DNA from: Acidobacteriota bacterium
GTDB lineage: Bacteria; Acidobacteriota; Thermoanaerobaculia; Multivoradales; UBA5704
DNA: 64,000 nt
Assembly: GCA_040005235.1 (NCBI GenBank)
Contig: JBDTZG010000005.1
Location: 117,185 to 181,184 of the forward strand
Direction: 5' to 3'
Shown here: positions 19,033 through 29,018 of the stretch, piece by piece
Numbering within the stretch: the stretch's first letter is position 1
How the letters are laid out: the number at the start of each line of letters is the position of its first letter
Notes under the pieces: generated by a model
Databases searched by the model: none
The model's input: the letters and a program-made list of their open reading frames with translations, nothing else
Told to the model about the DNA's origin: nothing
Position numbers and translations under genes: made by a program

Positions 19033-19347
19033 GTCCAGCTCACAGGTGATCCGGTCCAGCTCACTAGTGATCTGGTCTAGCTCACCTGTGTTTTGGTCCA
19101 GCTCAGTAGTGATCTAGGCCAGCTCACTGGTGATCTGGTCCAGCTCAGTGGTGATCTGGTCCAGCTCAGTGGTGTTTTGGTCCAGCTCAGTGGTGATACG
19201 GTCCAGCTCACTGGTGTTTTGGTCCAGCTCAGTGGTGATCCGGTCCAGCTCACTGGTGTCTTGGTCCAGATCAGTGGTGATCTGGTCCGTCTCACTGGTG
19301 TTCTGGGCCGGCTCAGTGGTGATCTGGGCCGACTCACCGGTGCTGCG
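19033..19347. repeat. Tandem repeat, ~15 x 21 bp, consensus GTCCAGCTCA(G/C)TGGTG(A/T)T(C/T)TG
   Basis: Units start at 19033, 19054, 19075 and so on to 19327; they degenerate toward the right end. Confidence 0.95.
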
Positions 19348-19520
19348 CGTCGAATCGGAAGTCTACAGGAGAAGGTGAGAATCTTCCGGCGCCGGCTCGC
19401 GGGTCTCTTCAGCGAAACCGGGATTCGCGGTCGGCATGGGCGTCGCGCAAGGTTGCGGGGGCATCCAGCGCAGAAGCCTTCCCGAGACCGCCGCCGCGGC
19501 GTCGCTTTTGGCTAAGCCTT

Positions 19521-20179
19521 TCAGTCGGCGATGAAAACTTCGTCCGTCGTCGCCACCGTCGCCGCCCGGGCGAGGTGGATTCGCAGTGCGACCGGATCGC
19601 CGATCGCTTCAAGGGCGGTGCGGGCCGCGTCGTCGACCGGCAGACCGCGAGCCGTGAGGACGGCGAGGATGGATTCACGCAAGCCTTGCTGTTGCCCTTC
19701 GCCGCGGACCTCGTCGAGATCTCGATAGCCCTGGCGCTGGAGCAGGTTACGAAAGGTGACCGCGTGTGCTGCCTCGCGGTCGTAGAGTGCATTCACGGGC
19801 ACGGGGTTTTGCAGTATCCCGGGTGCGGTCAGCTCCTCGCCGGGAAGCACGAGGTGCATTTCTTGCCCACTCTGGTGGACCTCGACCCGGCGCGGTCCGG
19901 AGAGGCGAACGACCCAGACCAGCCGTGTGCCGGGGGCCAGAAGCTCGGAGATCTTAAGAGCGAGCTCCTTCTCGTCTTGTCCCGTATCGGCGTATTCCAC
20001 CGCGAGCGGTGGCGCTCCCTCGACCCATCCTGCGAGCCCCCTAGGAGGTTGGCGCGCGAGCTGCGACCGCCCGTGGTCATGCACTGGATGGCATGGCCGT
20101 TGGACAGCTCATAAGGATCGCCCGAGCGAATCTGGTCGGCTCGGAACGGACCTTTGGAGGTTGGGATAGGGCGAGGCAT
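19521..20179 (-). pseudogene. Uma2/DUF820-family endonuclease pseudogene (internal deletion plus frameshift)
   Basis: The N-terminus GPFRADQIRSGDPYELSNGH is in one frame and GWVEGAPPLAVEYADTGQDE...RLVWVV in another. The segment that normally carries the APD catalytic motif is absent. Confidence 0.8.
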
Positions 20180-20274
20180 GGGGGCGACTTTAGCATCAGA
20201 CCCTCTTGGCTCGCCTTGGGTCGATGGTGACACCGGCACGACCGTTTCGTCCGGTCGACCGACTCTGGTCCAAA

Positions 20275-20613
20275 TTAAAGGTTGAGCACGAGGCGTAGCC
20301 CCGCGTCTAAGTCCACCATGCTCTCTGAGGAGAGGATTCCGATGGGCTCGACGAAATCGGAGCGAAGAGCCTTCTGCACGTCGTAAACATTCGCCACCGA
20401 TTCCTTCGGAAGGCCTGTAGATCTTCGAGAAAGTTGGAAGTTTCCAGGCAGCCCGGCCAAGTGCAGGCGTGTGGTCAACGGCACCACGAGAAACGACCGA
20501 ACTCGAGGCTCGCGCACCGCGTTGCTCTGGACAACGACGGCCGGTCGAAGCTTGTCCGCTCGCACCCACCAGACTTCCCCCCGGCGTGGCAGGACTTCAC
20601 CACTCGTCGTCAC
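20275..20613 (-). CDS. mazF: PemK/MazF family toxin
   Basis: RRGEVWWV, KLRPAVVVQSN, VVPLTT, TGLPKESVAN. Overlaps the antitoxin stop. Confidence 0.88.
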   Translation of the reverse strand: MTTSGEVLPRRGEVWWVRADKLRPAVVVQSNAVREPRVRSFLVVPLTTRLHLAGLPGNFQLSRRSTGLPKESVANVYDVQKALRSDFVEPIGILSSESMVDLDAGLRLVLNL

Positions 20614-20833
20614 GGTACTCTTCGGCCATCCGCGCCTGTTGGTATTGCCGCCAACGCGATTCGTCATCGGCAACATCCCAGCCGTGCTTGTCGATGTAGC
20701 TCCTTACCTGGGCCTGAGTCTGTTCAACCTCAAGTAGGTGAGCCAGGAGGCCGGATCGTGTGGTGCCGCGACGCTCGGCTTCTTGATCGGCGAAGGCGAG
20801 AAGATTAGCTGGCAGGGAGACTCCGACTTTCAT
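20597..20833 (-). CDS. Ribbon-helix-helix (CopG-like) antitoxin
   Basis: MKVGVSLPANLLAFADQEAERRGTTRSGLL, immediately upstream of mazF. Confidence 0.8.
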   Translation of the reverse strand: MKVGVSLPANLLAFADQEAERRGTTRSGLLAHLLEVEQTQAQVRSYIDKHGWDVADDESRWRQYQQARMAEEYRDDEW

Positions 20834-20896
20834 AGCCTCAATGGTAGCACCCCTTGGAATACCCAGGTATCTCCGATCTCGCCCCCATCCTCCTTC

Positions 20897-20925
20897 TTGG
20901 CCGCCTCGCCCATTTCTGCTAGAGT
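20897..20925 (+). promoter_or_regulatory. Putative sigma-70 promoter of the rpsP operon
   Basis: TTGGCC-17 bp-TAGAGT with an extended -10 TG, ~90 nt before rpsP. Confidence 0.5.
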
Positions 20926-21016
20926 CCTCGCCTTCGTGCGGTCTGCGCCCTGTGGGCGAAGCCTGTACCGGCGCCCGTTGGCGTTCCAGACAACTGAGAT
21001 TCGAGGTCAATCGAGC

Positions 21017-21250
21017 ATGGTTAGAATTCGGCTCCGCCGGATGGGCGCGAGGAACGCGCCGTTTTTCCGGGTCGTCGTCTCCGACACCCGCCGTACCCCC
21101 CTGGCCGCTGCGGTCGAGGAGATCGGCTGGTACGACCCCAAGAAGCAGCCCGCCCAGATGAAGATCGACGGCGACCGCTTGCAGTATTGGGTCAGCAAGG
21201 GCGCGCAGCTCTCGCCGACCGTCAAGAAGCTGTTCGCGAAGGCGTCCTGA
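21017..21250 (+). CDS. rpsP: 30S ribosomal protein S16
   Basis: MVRIRLRRMG...PFFRVVVSD...EEIGWYDP...WVSKGAQLSPTV. Confidence 0.97.
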   Translation: MVRIRLRRMGARNAPFFRVVVSDTRRTPLAAAVEEIGWYDPKKQPAQMKIDGDRLQYWVSKGAQLSPTVKKLFAKAS

Positions 21251-21255
21251 TCCCT

Positions 21256-21507
21256 GTGGCGGCCGTGCCGGAAGTCCGGAGCGAAGTCGAGGAACTGATC
21301 CGTCGACTGGTCGACCAGCCCGAAAAGGTGAAGGTGGCCGAGTTTCCTAGCGGCGACGAGATCCTTCTGGAGGTCGAGGTGGCTCCGGAGGATCTCGGCA
21401 AGGTCATCGGCCGGCAGGGTCGCACGGTACGTGCGTTGCGGACTTTGCTCGAAACCCGCAATGCTCGCGAGGCGATCCCGTACGGGCTGGAAATCATCGA
21501 AGACTAA
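21256..21507 (+). CDS. khpA: KH-domain RNA-binding protein
   Basis: LVDQPEKV...DLGKVIGRQGRTVRALR; conserved position after rpsP. Confidence 0.9.
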   Translation: MAAVPEVRSEVEELIRRLVDQPEKVKVAEFPSGDEILLEVEVAPEDLGKVIGRQGRTVRALRTLLETRNAREAIPYGLEIIED

Positions 21508-21527
21508 AAGTCTCTTCGACGCCCAGG

Positions 21528-21552
21528 GAGCCCGAGTCCGCTCGGGCTTTCC
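21528..21552 (+). terminator. Hairpin between khpA and rimM (attenuator/terminator-like)
   Basis: gagcccgag-tccg-ctcgggcttt; the U-tract is short. Confidence 0.45.
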
Positions 21553-21578
21553 GCGCGGCCCTTCGATGACCGATTCCC

Positions 21579-22133
21579 ATGGCTGACCCTGAAGCGCTGC
21601 GCGACGACCTTCCCCCGACCGTCACGGTCGGGAGAGTGCTGCGTCCGCACGGGCTCAAAGGCGAGCTGTCGGTGCTCGTCGAGTCGGAGGTGCTCGGCCG
21701 GTTCGATCCGGGCAGCGAGTTGCTCGCCCTGGTTCCGGGGAAATCTCCGCGACGGGTGAAGGTGGCGAGCCACCGCGCGTTTCGCGGCGGCGCCCTGGTT
21801 ACCTTCCAGGGGCTGGCCGATCGCGACGGGGCCGAGACGCTGCGCGGTGCGGTGTTCGAGGTCGAGCGGGAGCGGGTGCCGCCGGCCGAGCCGGGGGTCT
21901 ACTACCACTTCCAGCTGATCGGCTGCCGCTGCATCGAAGCGGGCCGGGAGCTGGGCAAAGTGGTCGACGTGATCGAGGACGGCGGCGGGCTGTTGTTGAT
22001 CGTGGCGGATGGCGAGCGGCGGTTGCCGATCCCGTTCGTCCAGAGTTTTTTGCGCGAGGTCGATGTCCTACGGGGGCGGATCGAGCTGGCGCTGCCGGAC
22101 GGTCTGATCGAAACGTGCGCATCCAAGTCCTGA
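21579..22133 (+). CDS. rimM: Ribosome maturation factor RimM
   Basis: VGRVLRPHGLKGEL, YYHFQLIG, LPIPFV; synteny. Confidence 0.93.
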   Translation: MADPEALRDDLPPTVTVGRVLRPHGLKGELSVLVESEVLGRFDPGSELLALVPGKSPRRVKVASHRAFRGGALVTFQGLADRDGAETLRGAVFEVERERVPPAEPGVYYHFQLIGCRCIEAGRELGKVVDVIEDGGGLLLIVADGERRLPIPFVQSFLREVDVLRGRIELALPDGLIETCASKS

Positions 22134-22852
22134 CGATCTTTCCGGAGCTGTTCGCGCCGTTTCTCGCGACCAGCCTGATTGGGAAGGCGATGGGCAAGGG
22201 TCTGATCGACATACGGGTCTTCGATTTGCGCGGGTACTCGGAGGACCGGCACCGGAGCGTCGACGACGAACCGTATGGCGGCGGCGGCGGAATGGTGATG
22301 ACGGCGCCGCCGTGGATTCGCGCGGTGCGGAAGCTGTCGGAAGGAGCGACGCCCTGGCGGGTGCTGCTGTCGCCCCAGGGGCGGCGGCTGGACGAGGCGA
22401 AGGTTCGCGAGCTGGCCGGACGGGGCGATTTGATTCTGCTCTGCGGCCGCTACGAGGGGATCGACGAGAGGGTGCGGGAAAGCGTGGTCGACGAGGAGAT
22501 CTCGATCGGCGACTACGTGCTCTCGGGTGGCGAGCTGCCGGCGATGGTTTTGATCGAGGCGATCTCGCGGCAGGTCCCGGGAGTGGTGCAGCTGGCCGGG
22601 TCGGTTGAAAACGACAGCTTTCGTGCGGGGCTGCTCGATTTCCCGCACTACAGCCGGCCGCCGGTGTTTGAGGAGAAAGCGGTGCCCGAAGTGCTGATGT
22701 CCGGAAATCACGCCGCGATCGTGCGCTGGCGGGAACGGATGGCGCTGCGGGCGACGTGGGAGAAGAGGCCCGATCTGCTCGCCGGGGCGCGGTTGAGCCC
22801 GGAGCAGGAGCGGGAATTGGCGGCGCTCAAAGAGGGGCGCCGACCGGAGTAA
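22115..22852 (+). CDS. trmD: tRNA (guanine-N1)-methyltransferase
   Basis: [39 protein letters not shown]. Confidence 0.97.
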   Translation: MRIQVLTIFPELFAPFLATSLIGKAMGKGLIDIRVFDLRGYSEDRHRSVDDEPYGGGGGMVMTAPPWIRAVRKLSEGATPWRVLLSPQGRRLDEAKVRELAGRGDLILLCGRYEGIDERVRESVVDEEISIGDYVLSGGELPAMVLIEAISRQVPGVVQLAGSVENDSFRAGLLDFPHYSRPPVFEEKAVPEVLMSGNHAAIVRWRERMALRATWEKRPDLLAGARLSPEQERELAALKEGRRPE

Positions 22853-22856
22853 GGAA

Positions 22857-22936
22857 GCGTGGATTTCGATTTCCTCGGAGCGAGTGGCTGCTGCCGAAGG
22901 CGCCCGAAGGAGCGGAGAGGAAAGCGAAATCCACGC
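22857..22936. repeat. 20-bp inverted repeat (19/20 match) with a structured 40-nt interior, between trmD and rplS
   Basis: gcgtggatttcgatttcctc ... gaggaaagcgaaatccacgc. Confidence 0.75.
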
Positions 22937-23048
22937 CGGAGCCCGCGGTCGGCTTGCGCGGGGGGATGTCTTTGAGAATAATCAGCGACTTGGCCGGCAC
23001 GGCAGAGTGCGCAATCATCAGGATATGAGCAGGTTTCGAGGTGAGGTC

Positions 23049-23408
23049 ATGAATCAGCTACAGCAGGTTGAGAGCGCCTATCTCCGCACGGGCATGCCGG
23101 ATTTCCGCCCCGGCGACACGGTGAAGGTCCACGTCCGGGTCAAAGAGGGTGACAAAGAGCGCATCCAGATCTTCCAGGGTGTCGTGATCGCGCGGCGTGC
23201 GGGTGGCACGCGCGAGACGTTCACCGTCCGCAAGATGTCCGGCAGCATCGGCGTCGAGCGCATCTTTCCGCTCCATGCACCGCTGGTCGACAAGATCGAA
23301 GTCATCCGTCGCGGCCGGGTGCGGCGCGCGAAGCTCTATTACCTGCGCGACCTGCGCGGCAAGGCGGCGCGGATCGACGAGCGGCGCGAAGACAAGCGCG
23401 GCAAATAG
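23049..23408 (+). CDS. rplS: 50S ribosomal protein L19
   Basis: [47 protein letters not shown]. Confidence 0.97.
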   Translation: MNQLQQVESAYLRTGMPDFRPGDTVKVHVRVKEGDKERIQIFQGVVIARRAGGTRETFTVRKMSGSIGVERIFPLHAPLVDKIEVIRRGRVRRAKLYYLRDLRGKAARIDERREDKRGK

Positions 23409-23443
23409 CGCGCGCTAAAAGCTCGCAGCGTGAAAGGAGCGCG

Positions 23444-24133
23444 GTGACGAAAGCCTCGTCGTCGGCCGCTCGGACGGGTCCGACGTTTCTCGAGTTGTGT
23501 GCCGAGGCGTACCGCCTGCGGCTGCTGTGCAATCTCGAAAATCACCTGGCCCGCTGCGGCTTTGCCCGAGTGGCCGGGGTCGACGAAGCCGGGCGAGGTT
23601 GCCTCGCCGGGCCGGTCGTCGCCGCCGCGGTGATCGTCAACCCCTGGGTGCTGGTTCCGGGGGTCGACGACAGCAAGGAGCTTTCCGCGGAAGAACGCGA
23701 GCGTCTGGCCGGCGAGATCCGGCGGACGGCGCTCGCCTATTCCGTCTGCTCGATCTCAGCCGACGTGATCGATCGCGTGAACATCCTCGAAGCCACCCGC
23801 CTCGCGATGCGTGGCGCGCTCGCAGGCCTCGCTCCCGAACCCGACTGCGCGGTGATCGACGCGCTGTTCCTCTCCGGTCTCTCCTATCCCTGCTTGCCCG
23901 TAGTGCGCGGCGACTCGCTCAGCTACGCGGTCGCCTGCGCCTCGATCCTCGCCAAGGTCGAGCGCGACCGGGACATGGTCCGGCTCGGAGAGCGGCACCC
24001 GGGGTACGGCTTCGCCGCCCATAAAGGGTACGGCGTTCCCGAGCACGTGGCGGCGCTTTCCCGATTGGGGCCGTCGCCGGTGCACCGCCTGACGTTCCGC
24101 AAGGTCAAGCCCGACCTGGAGGAGCTCTGCTGA
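23444..24133 (+). CDS. rnhB: Ribonuclease HII
   Basis: [39 protein letters not shown]. Confidence 0.95.
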   Translation: MTKASSSAARTGPTFLELCAEAYRLRLLCNLENHLARCGFARVAGVDEAGRGCLAGPVVAAAVIVNPWVLVPGVDDSKELSAEERERLAGEIRRTALAYSVCSISADVIDRVNILEATRLAMRGALAGLAPEPDCAVIDALFLSGLSYPCLPVVRGDSLSYAVACASILAKVERDRDMVRLGERHPGYGFAAHKGYGVPEHVAALSRLGPSPVHRLTFRKVKPDLEELC

Positions 24134-27100
24134 TGGCCGCCGTGGCGCGCGACCAGATCGTCCAGACGGCGGAGAAGTTCGTCGCCCGCGGCAAGATCGA
24201 GCCGGCGATCCGCGAATACCGGAAGTTGCTCGCCGACAACCCGAACGACATCAACACGCTCAATCGGATCGGCGACCTCTACGCGCGGATCCAGCGGGTC
24301 GACGAGGCGATCGATTTCTTCACCCAGATCGCGGAGAGCTACACGGAGGAAGGCTTCTTCGTCAAAGCGATCGCGATCTACAAAAAGATCATCAAGCTCA
24401 ACCCGACGCTGCTCGAAGTCTACGAGGCGCTCGCGGAGCTGTACGCCAAGCAGGGGCTGCTCAACGAGGCGCGCACGCAGTTCCAGGTGCTCGCCGACTA
24501 CTACCAGAAGCACGACAACGCGACCTCGGCGAGTGCGATCTACGGCCGGCTGGTCGATCTCGAACCGGAAAACCCCTCCCACCACGTCAAACTCGCCGAG
24601 ATCTTCCAGCAGCAGAAGCTGTTCGAGAAAGCGCTCGGCGAGTACCGTACGATCGCCGAGCTGATGCTCGCGGCGGGCCACGTGCCGGAGGCGGCCCAGG
24701 TCTACGAGCGGGCGCTGGCGATCGATTCCCAGAACCTCCCGTTCCTGACCGACGCGGTGCTCAAGCTGCGCCAGGCGGGCGGCCAGGCCGCCGCGGCGCG
24801 TTTCCTGGCGCTCGCAATCGAGCGCAATCCGGAAGCCGAGCGGATTGCGCGCCTGATCGGCGGCGAAGGAACTCTTTCCGGTGCAACCTCCCCTTCGGCC
24901 CGCTCGACGGTTCCGATGCCGGTGCAGTCTCTGGCCCCTCGGGTCCCTGAGCCAGAGCCGGTGACGCAACCGTTTTCGGTCGAGCTCGATCTCGACGAAG
25001 AGGAGCCGGCGCCGGCCCCCGCGCGGGACACCAAGCCGGGGGTTCCCGAATGGGATCAGGCGTTCGTCGACGCGGCCGGTGCCGGGAGCGCCGCGAGCGT
25101 TGCTGGCGTCGCCCCGGTGGTCCATGAAAGAGAGCGGGAAGAGAGCGGCGAGATCGATCTGGATCTCGACGAGGTCTTCGTCCTGGAGATGGAGGAAGAT
25201 GAGCCGGCGAGCCTGGTCAAGCCGCCGCCCGACATGCTCGGCGGGGCGCCGCGCCGGCCGGCCTGGGCGCTCGACGCGGAGGTGCAGGAAGAACCCGCGC
25301 CGGAGATCTTCGCCAAGGAGCCGGCGCCGTTCGAGAAGCCCAAGAGCCCGGCAGTCCGGCCGTCCCTGGAAGACGACGAGGCGACGTGGAGCGAGATCGC
25401 CGAGATCGACCTCGGCGAGATGGGCAGGACCGGCTCGTTCGCGCTGATCGATCCGTTTCGCGAGATCCTGGAGGCCGACCAGGCGAGCCAGCCCGCGGAG
25501 TCCTCGACCTCCCGGCTCGACGCCGAGGAGCTGGAGCGGACAGCGGCGGGGCTCCATGCCAGAGTGCCGGAGCAGCAGGAAGATCTCCTCACCGAGGCGG
25601 AGGTGCTTGCGCGCTACGGCCTCGAAGACAAGGCGATCGAGCGCCTGCACGACGCGTTGCGCGCCGATCCCCGCCATCTGGAGGCGTACGCCCTGCTGGT
25701 GCAGCTCCATCTCGACCGCGGCCGTCTCGGCCCGGCGGCCGAGGTCGGCCAGAACATGGTCAACGCCGTCGGCCGGCGCAAGTCGGAAGTCTGGGACCAG
25801 GTCCGCAGGAAGCTGGTCAGCGTCGGCATCGTGGTCGAAGAGACCCCGGCCTTGCCGGCCAAAGCGCCGCCGCGAGCCCCTGCTCCGGCGCCCGAGCCGT
25901 TGCCTCGCGCCGATTTCGGCGGCATGTTCGAAGAGCTTTCGCCGCCGCCCGCGCCGGTAACGGAGGCTTCGATTCCGATCGAGTTTTCGTTCGACGCCGT
26001 ATCTCCGGCGATCGAGCCCCCGGTCGTCGAAGTCGCCGAGCCCCCAGTCGTCGAAACCGCCGAGCCCCCAGTCGTCGAAGTCGCCGAGCCCCCGGCCCCG
26101 GCCTCGGCCAAGGCTCCGGCGGCGAAGCCCCGGCCTTCGAACGTCATCGATCGCGAGTTGGCCGCGCTGATCGGCCCGGCGGGCAAAGGCAAGCCGGCCC
26201 GGCGGCCGATTCCCGCGGCACCGGTTCCGGCACCGGTCCCTCCTCCGGTCGACCCCCCGGTTGCGTCGCCGCCGACCGCTTCGATCGCCGCAGCCCCCCC
26301 GGCGCCTCCGGCCCCGGCGCCCGAGGTGCTGTCGATCCCGGCCGAGGAGGATTCGGCCTGGGAGCTGTCGCCGCCGCCGAACGAGATGTTCGATCCGCGC
26401 GGCATCGCCGCCTCGCTTGAAGACTTGGACGACGAGGATTTCGTCGTGCCCGGCCTGCGCGAGTTCGGCCCGCCGCTCTCTTCGACCCCGGAACCGCCGA
26501 GTCTGGACGATACGAGCATGAGCTGGCTCGACGAGGCCGAGGCGATGCGCTCGGCCGAGCCGGCGGCGCCCGCCCTGGCGGCCCCAGCGTCAGGCCGGAG
26601 CGATCGGGCGTTTTCCGACGACGATTTCTTCGATCTCGCGGGCGAGCTGGAGCAGGAGCTGGAGCGCGAGGTGGGCGGCGGCGACTTGCTCGCCGGCCCG
26701 GCCGAGCAGACGCTCGAAGAGATCGTCGAAGGATTCAAGAAGGGGGTCTCGGAGAATCTTTCTTCGACCGACTACGACACCCACTTCAACCTCGGCATCG
26801 CCTACCGCGAGATGGGCCTGATCGACGAGGCGATCGGCGAGTTCCAGCTCGCCGCCAAGGATCGCAGTTTCCTGGTCTCCTGCTGCTCGAACCTCGGACT
26901 CTGCTTCCTGGAAAAAGGCATTCCGGAGCTGGCGGTCAAATGGTACCGCCGCGGGCTCGACGCCCCGGGAATCTCCGAGGACGATTCGCTCGGCCTACTC
27001 TACGACCTGGGCAACGCTCACCTCTCGACCGGCGACAACGACACGGCGTACAAGACGTTCGTCGAGCTGTACGGCATCAACAGCAACTACCGCGACGTGG

Positions 27101-27135
27101 TCGCCCGAATCGAAGAGCTGGGCCACTCGCACTGA
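24133..27135 (+). CDS. Large TPR protein with acidic/Pro-rich linkers (SgmX-like architecture)
   Basis: N-terminal TPR cluster (GFFVKAIAIYKKI), a middle TPR, and C-terminal DYDTHFNLGIAYREMGLIDEAIGEF...YRDV. Confidence 0.8.
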   Translation: MAAVARDQIVQTAEKFVARGKIEPAIREYRKLLADNPNDINTLNRIGDLYARIQRVDEAIDFFTQIAESYTEEGFFVKAIAIYKKIIKLNPTLLEVYEALAELYAKQGLLNEARTQFQVLADYYQKHDNATSASAIYGRLVDLEPENPSHHVKLAEIFQQQKLFEKALGEYRTIAELMLAAGHVPEAAQVYERALAIDSQNLPFLTDAVLKLRQAGGQAAAARFLALAIERNPEAERIARLIGGEGTLSGATSPSARSTVPMPVQSLAPRVPEPEPVTQPFSVELDLDEEEPAPAPARDTKPGVPEWDQAFVDAAGAGSAASVAGVAPVVHEREREESGEIDLDLDEVFVLEMEEDEPASLVKPPPDMLGGAPRRPAWALDAEVQEEPAPEIFAKEPAPFEKPKSPAVRPSLEDDEATWSEIAEIDLGEMGRTGSFALIDPFREILEADQASQPAESSTSRLDAEELERTAAGLHARVPEQQEDLLTEAEVLARYGLEDKAIERLHDALRADPRHLEAYALLVQLHLDRGRLGPAAEVGQNMVNAVGRRKSEVWDQVRRKLVSVGIVVEETPALPAKAPPRAPAPAPEPLPRADFGGMFEELSPPPAPVTEASIPIEFSFDAVSPAIEPPVVEVAEPPVVETAEPPVVEVAEPPAPASAKAPAAKPRPSNVIDRELAALIGPAGKGKPARRPIPAAPVPAPVPPPVDPPVASPPTASIAAAPPAPPAPAPEVLSIPAEEDSAWELSPPPNEMFDPRGIAASLEDLDDEDFVVPGLREFGPPLSSTPEPPSLDDTSMSWLDEAEAMRSAEPAAPALAAPASGRSDRAFSDDDFFDLAGELEQELEREVGGGDLLAGPAEQTLEEIVEGFKKGVSENLSSTDYDTHFNLGIAYREMGLIDEAIGEFQLAAKDRSFLVSCCSNLGLCFLEKGIPELAVKWYRRGLDAPGISEDDSLGLLYDLGNAHLSTGDNDTAYKTFVELYGINSNYRDVVARIEELGHSH
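26013..26093 (+). repeat. 24-bp coding repeat, EPPVVE(V/T)A x3
   Basis: gagccccc(g/a)gtcgtcgaa(gt/ac)cgcc in tandem. Confidence 0.8.
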
Positions 27136-27156
27136 AACGGTGCTTTTCCTGGGCTC

Positions 27157-27180
27157 GCCAGGCCCCTGCCCGGCTTTTTT
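27157..27180 (+). terminator. Putative intrinsic terminator
   Basis: gccaggc-ccct-gcccggc (one mismatch) followed by TTTTTT, downstream of the TPR gene. Confidence 0.55.
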
Positions 27181-27190
27181 CGGCGTCGTC

Positions 27191-28318
27191 CTACCCCGTG
27201 AACTTCCCTTCGGCGATCCGCTCCTCGCGCTTCTCGGCGAATTGGGCGATCAATTTCGCCATGAACTCGGGCAGCTTCTCGTACAGCCGCTTCGGTTCGC
27301 GGCGCACCCCTTTACCCAAGATGTAGGCGGTCAGCAGCGGCAACACGATCGTCGAGTCGTTGTAGACCACCACCGCGTCGGGCAGTTTGTCCGGATCGAC
27401 CTTCCCCCACGAGACCGCCTCGCCCGGTGTCGCGCCCGAGAGACCGCCGGTGTCGGGCCGGGCGTCGGTGATCTGGAGGAAATAGTCGTGACCGGCTTCC
27501 GACAGGCCGAGCACCTCCTGGATCTGCGGCTCGGTCTGGAGCAGGAAGTTCTTCGGGCTGCCGCCGCCGACGATCCAGCAGGCCGACTTGCCGCCGGATT
27601 CTTTCGCCTGCCAGACGATCGACGCCGATTGGTTGACGTCGGCGTTGATGTCGAAGTTGAGCTTCGACCCTTCGAGCGACAGCTCGGCGACGTTCATGCC
27701 GATCGAGCTGTCGCCGGGCGACGAGGTGAAGATCGGCACCGCGTTCCGGTAGGCGGCGGCGATCAACGAGGTGCCCACCAGGTCGAGCTTCTCCTCGACC
27801 GCGGCGACGTAGCGGCCCACCCGGTAGTGGAACTCGGGGGTGGACATCGACTTGTCGAACTCCGGCTGGCGCATCACCATGCGGTAGAACTTGTCGGTCT
27901 CCAAAAGGACCGAGTAGTCGAACACGATGTCGTAGATTCGAACCACGCCCTCTTCGCGCAGCACCACGTCGTTCCAGGCCGGATTGCCGCGGTGGAGCTT
28001 CAAGCCGATCGCGTGGTGCGTGTCGTGGTAGAGGTTCGCGCCGGTCGAGATCATCCAATCGATGCAGCCGGCTTCGATCAGAGGAACCAGGCACGACTTG
28101 CCGTAGCCGCCGGGGGTGAGTGCGCCGGAAAGCGACATGCCGACCGTCACGTCCTCCTGGAGCATCTTCTCGGTCAGCAGCTCGCACGCCTCGCGCAGCC
28201 TGGCCCCGTTATAGGCCGTGAACGCCCGATCGATCACCTCGACCAGACTCTCTTTGCCGGTGAGCGGTTCGGGGAAAATGCGCTTGCCGGAAAGGTGCCG
28301 GCCCTGAGTGTGATTCAT
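27191..28318 (-). CDS. Deoxyhypusine synthase-like protein (SpeY-type, homospermidine pathway)
   Basis: [53 protein letters not shown]. Confidence 0.88.
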   Translation of the reverse strand: MNHTQGRHLSGKRIFPEPLTGKESLVEVIDRAFTAYNGARLREACELLTEKMLQEDVTVGMSLSGALTPGGYGKSCLVPLIEAGCIDWMISTGANLYHDTHHAIGLKLHRGNPAWNDVVLREEGVVRIYDIVFDYSVLLETDKFYRMVMRQPEFDKSMSTPEFHYRVGRYVAAVEEKLDLVGTSLIAAAYRNAVPIFTSSPGDSSIGMNVAELSLEGSKLNFDINADVNQSASIVWQAKESGGKSACWIVGGGSPKNFLLQTEPQIQEVLGLSEAGHDYFLQITDARPDTGGLSGATPGEAVSWGKVDPDKLPDAVVVYNDSTIVLPLLTAYILGKGVRREPKRLYEKLPEFMAKLIAQFAEKREERIAEGKFTG

Positions 28319-28367
28319 CGAGATCTCCTCGCGGGATGAATAGGGAGCGGAGTGCAGATTGTATCTC

Positions 28368-29018
28368 TCACTCATCCCGCAACGGCACCAAACCTTCGCG
28401 CACGGCAAACAGCGCGGCCTGGGTGCGGTCTTCCACCCCGAGCTTCGACAACACGGCGGAGACGTGTCCTTTCACTGTGCCTTCCGAGAGGTGGAGGGCC
28501 TTGGCGATCTCCTTGTTCGAGCGGCCGCGGCCGATCAGCTGGAGGACGGCCAGCTCGCGCTCGGTCAGCTCTTCGGCGACCGGCCGGCCGCCTCCGGCCA
28601 CCCGGCGCATCAGGTGGCGCTGGGCTTCGGCGTGGAGCGCCGGGCGCCCTTCGGCGACCGCGCGGATCGAGCGCAGCAGCTCCTCCTTGAGGACGTCCTT
28701 GAGCAGGAAGCCGTGGGCCCCAGCGGCGATCGCGCGGCGGACGTGGGGCTCGTCGGCGAAGGAGGTGAGCACCAGAACGTGGACGCCCGGCGCTTCGGCG
28801 AGGATGCGTCGCGTCGCTTCGATGCCGTCGAGCCTCGGCATCATTAGATCCATCAGCACGACGTCGGGAGTGAGATCGAGCGCCAAAGCCACGGCCTCCT
28901 CGCCGTTCCTCGCCTCGCCGACGACGGAAAAGTCGGTCTCTTCGGAAAACAGGGTGCAAAGTCCCTCGCGAACGATCTCGTGATCGTCGGCGACCAGGAC
29001 CCGGACGTGTGAATTCAT
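28368..29018 (-). CDS. NarL/LuxR-family response regulator
   Basis: [18 protein letters not shown]; LTERE...SNKEIA...TVKGHVS. Confidence 0.95.
   Translation of the reverse strand: MNSHVRVLVADDHEIVREGLCTLFSEETDFSVVGEARNGEEAVALALDLTPDVVLMDLMMPRLDGIEATRRILAEAPGVHVLVLTSFADEPHVRRAIAAGAHGFLLKDVLKEELLRSIRAVAEGRPALHAEAQRHLMRRVAGGGRPVAEELTERELAVLQLIGRGRSNKEIAKALHLSEGTVKGHVSAVLSKLGVEDRTQAALFAVREGLVPLRDE

Noticed and set aside
19033-19515. ORFs 19093..19515 (+), 19130..19378 (+) and 19077..19337 (-) as real genes, or the repeat as CRISPR
   Set aside because: Frames are open only because the unit is 21 bp; there is no RBS, stops interrupt the heptad frames, and there are no unique spacers.
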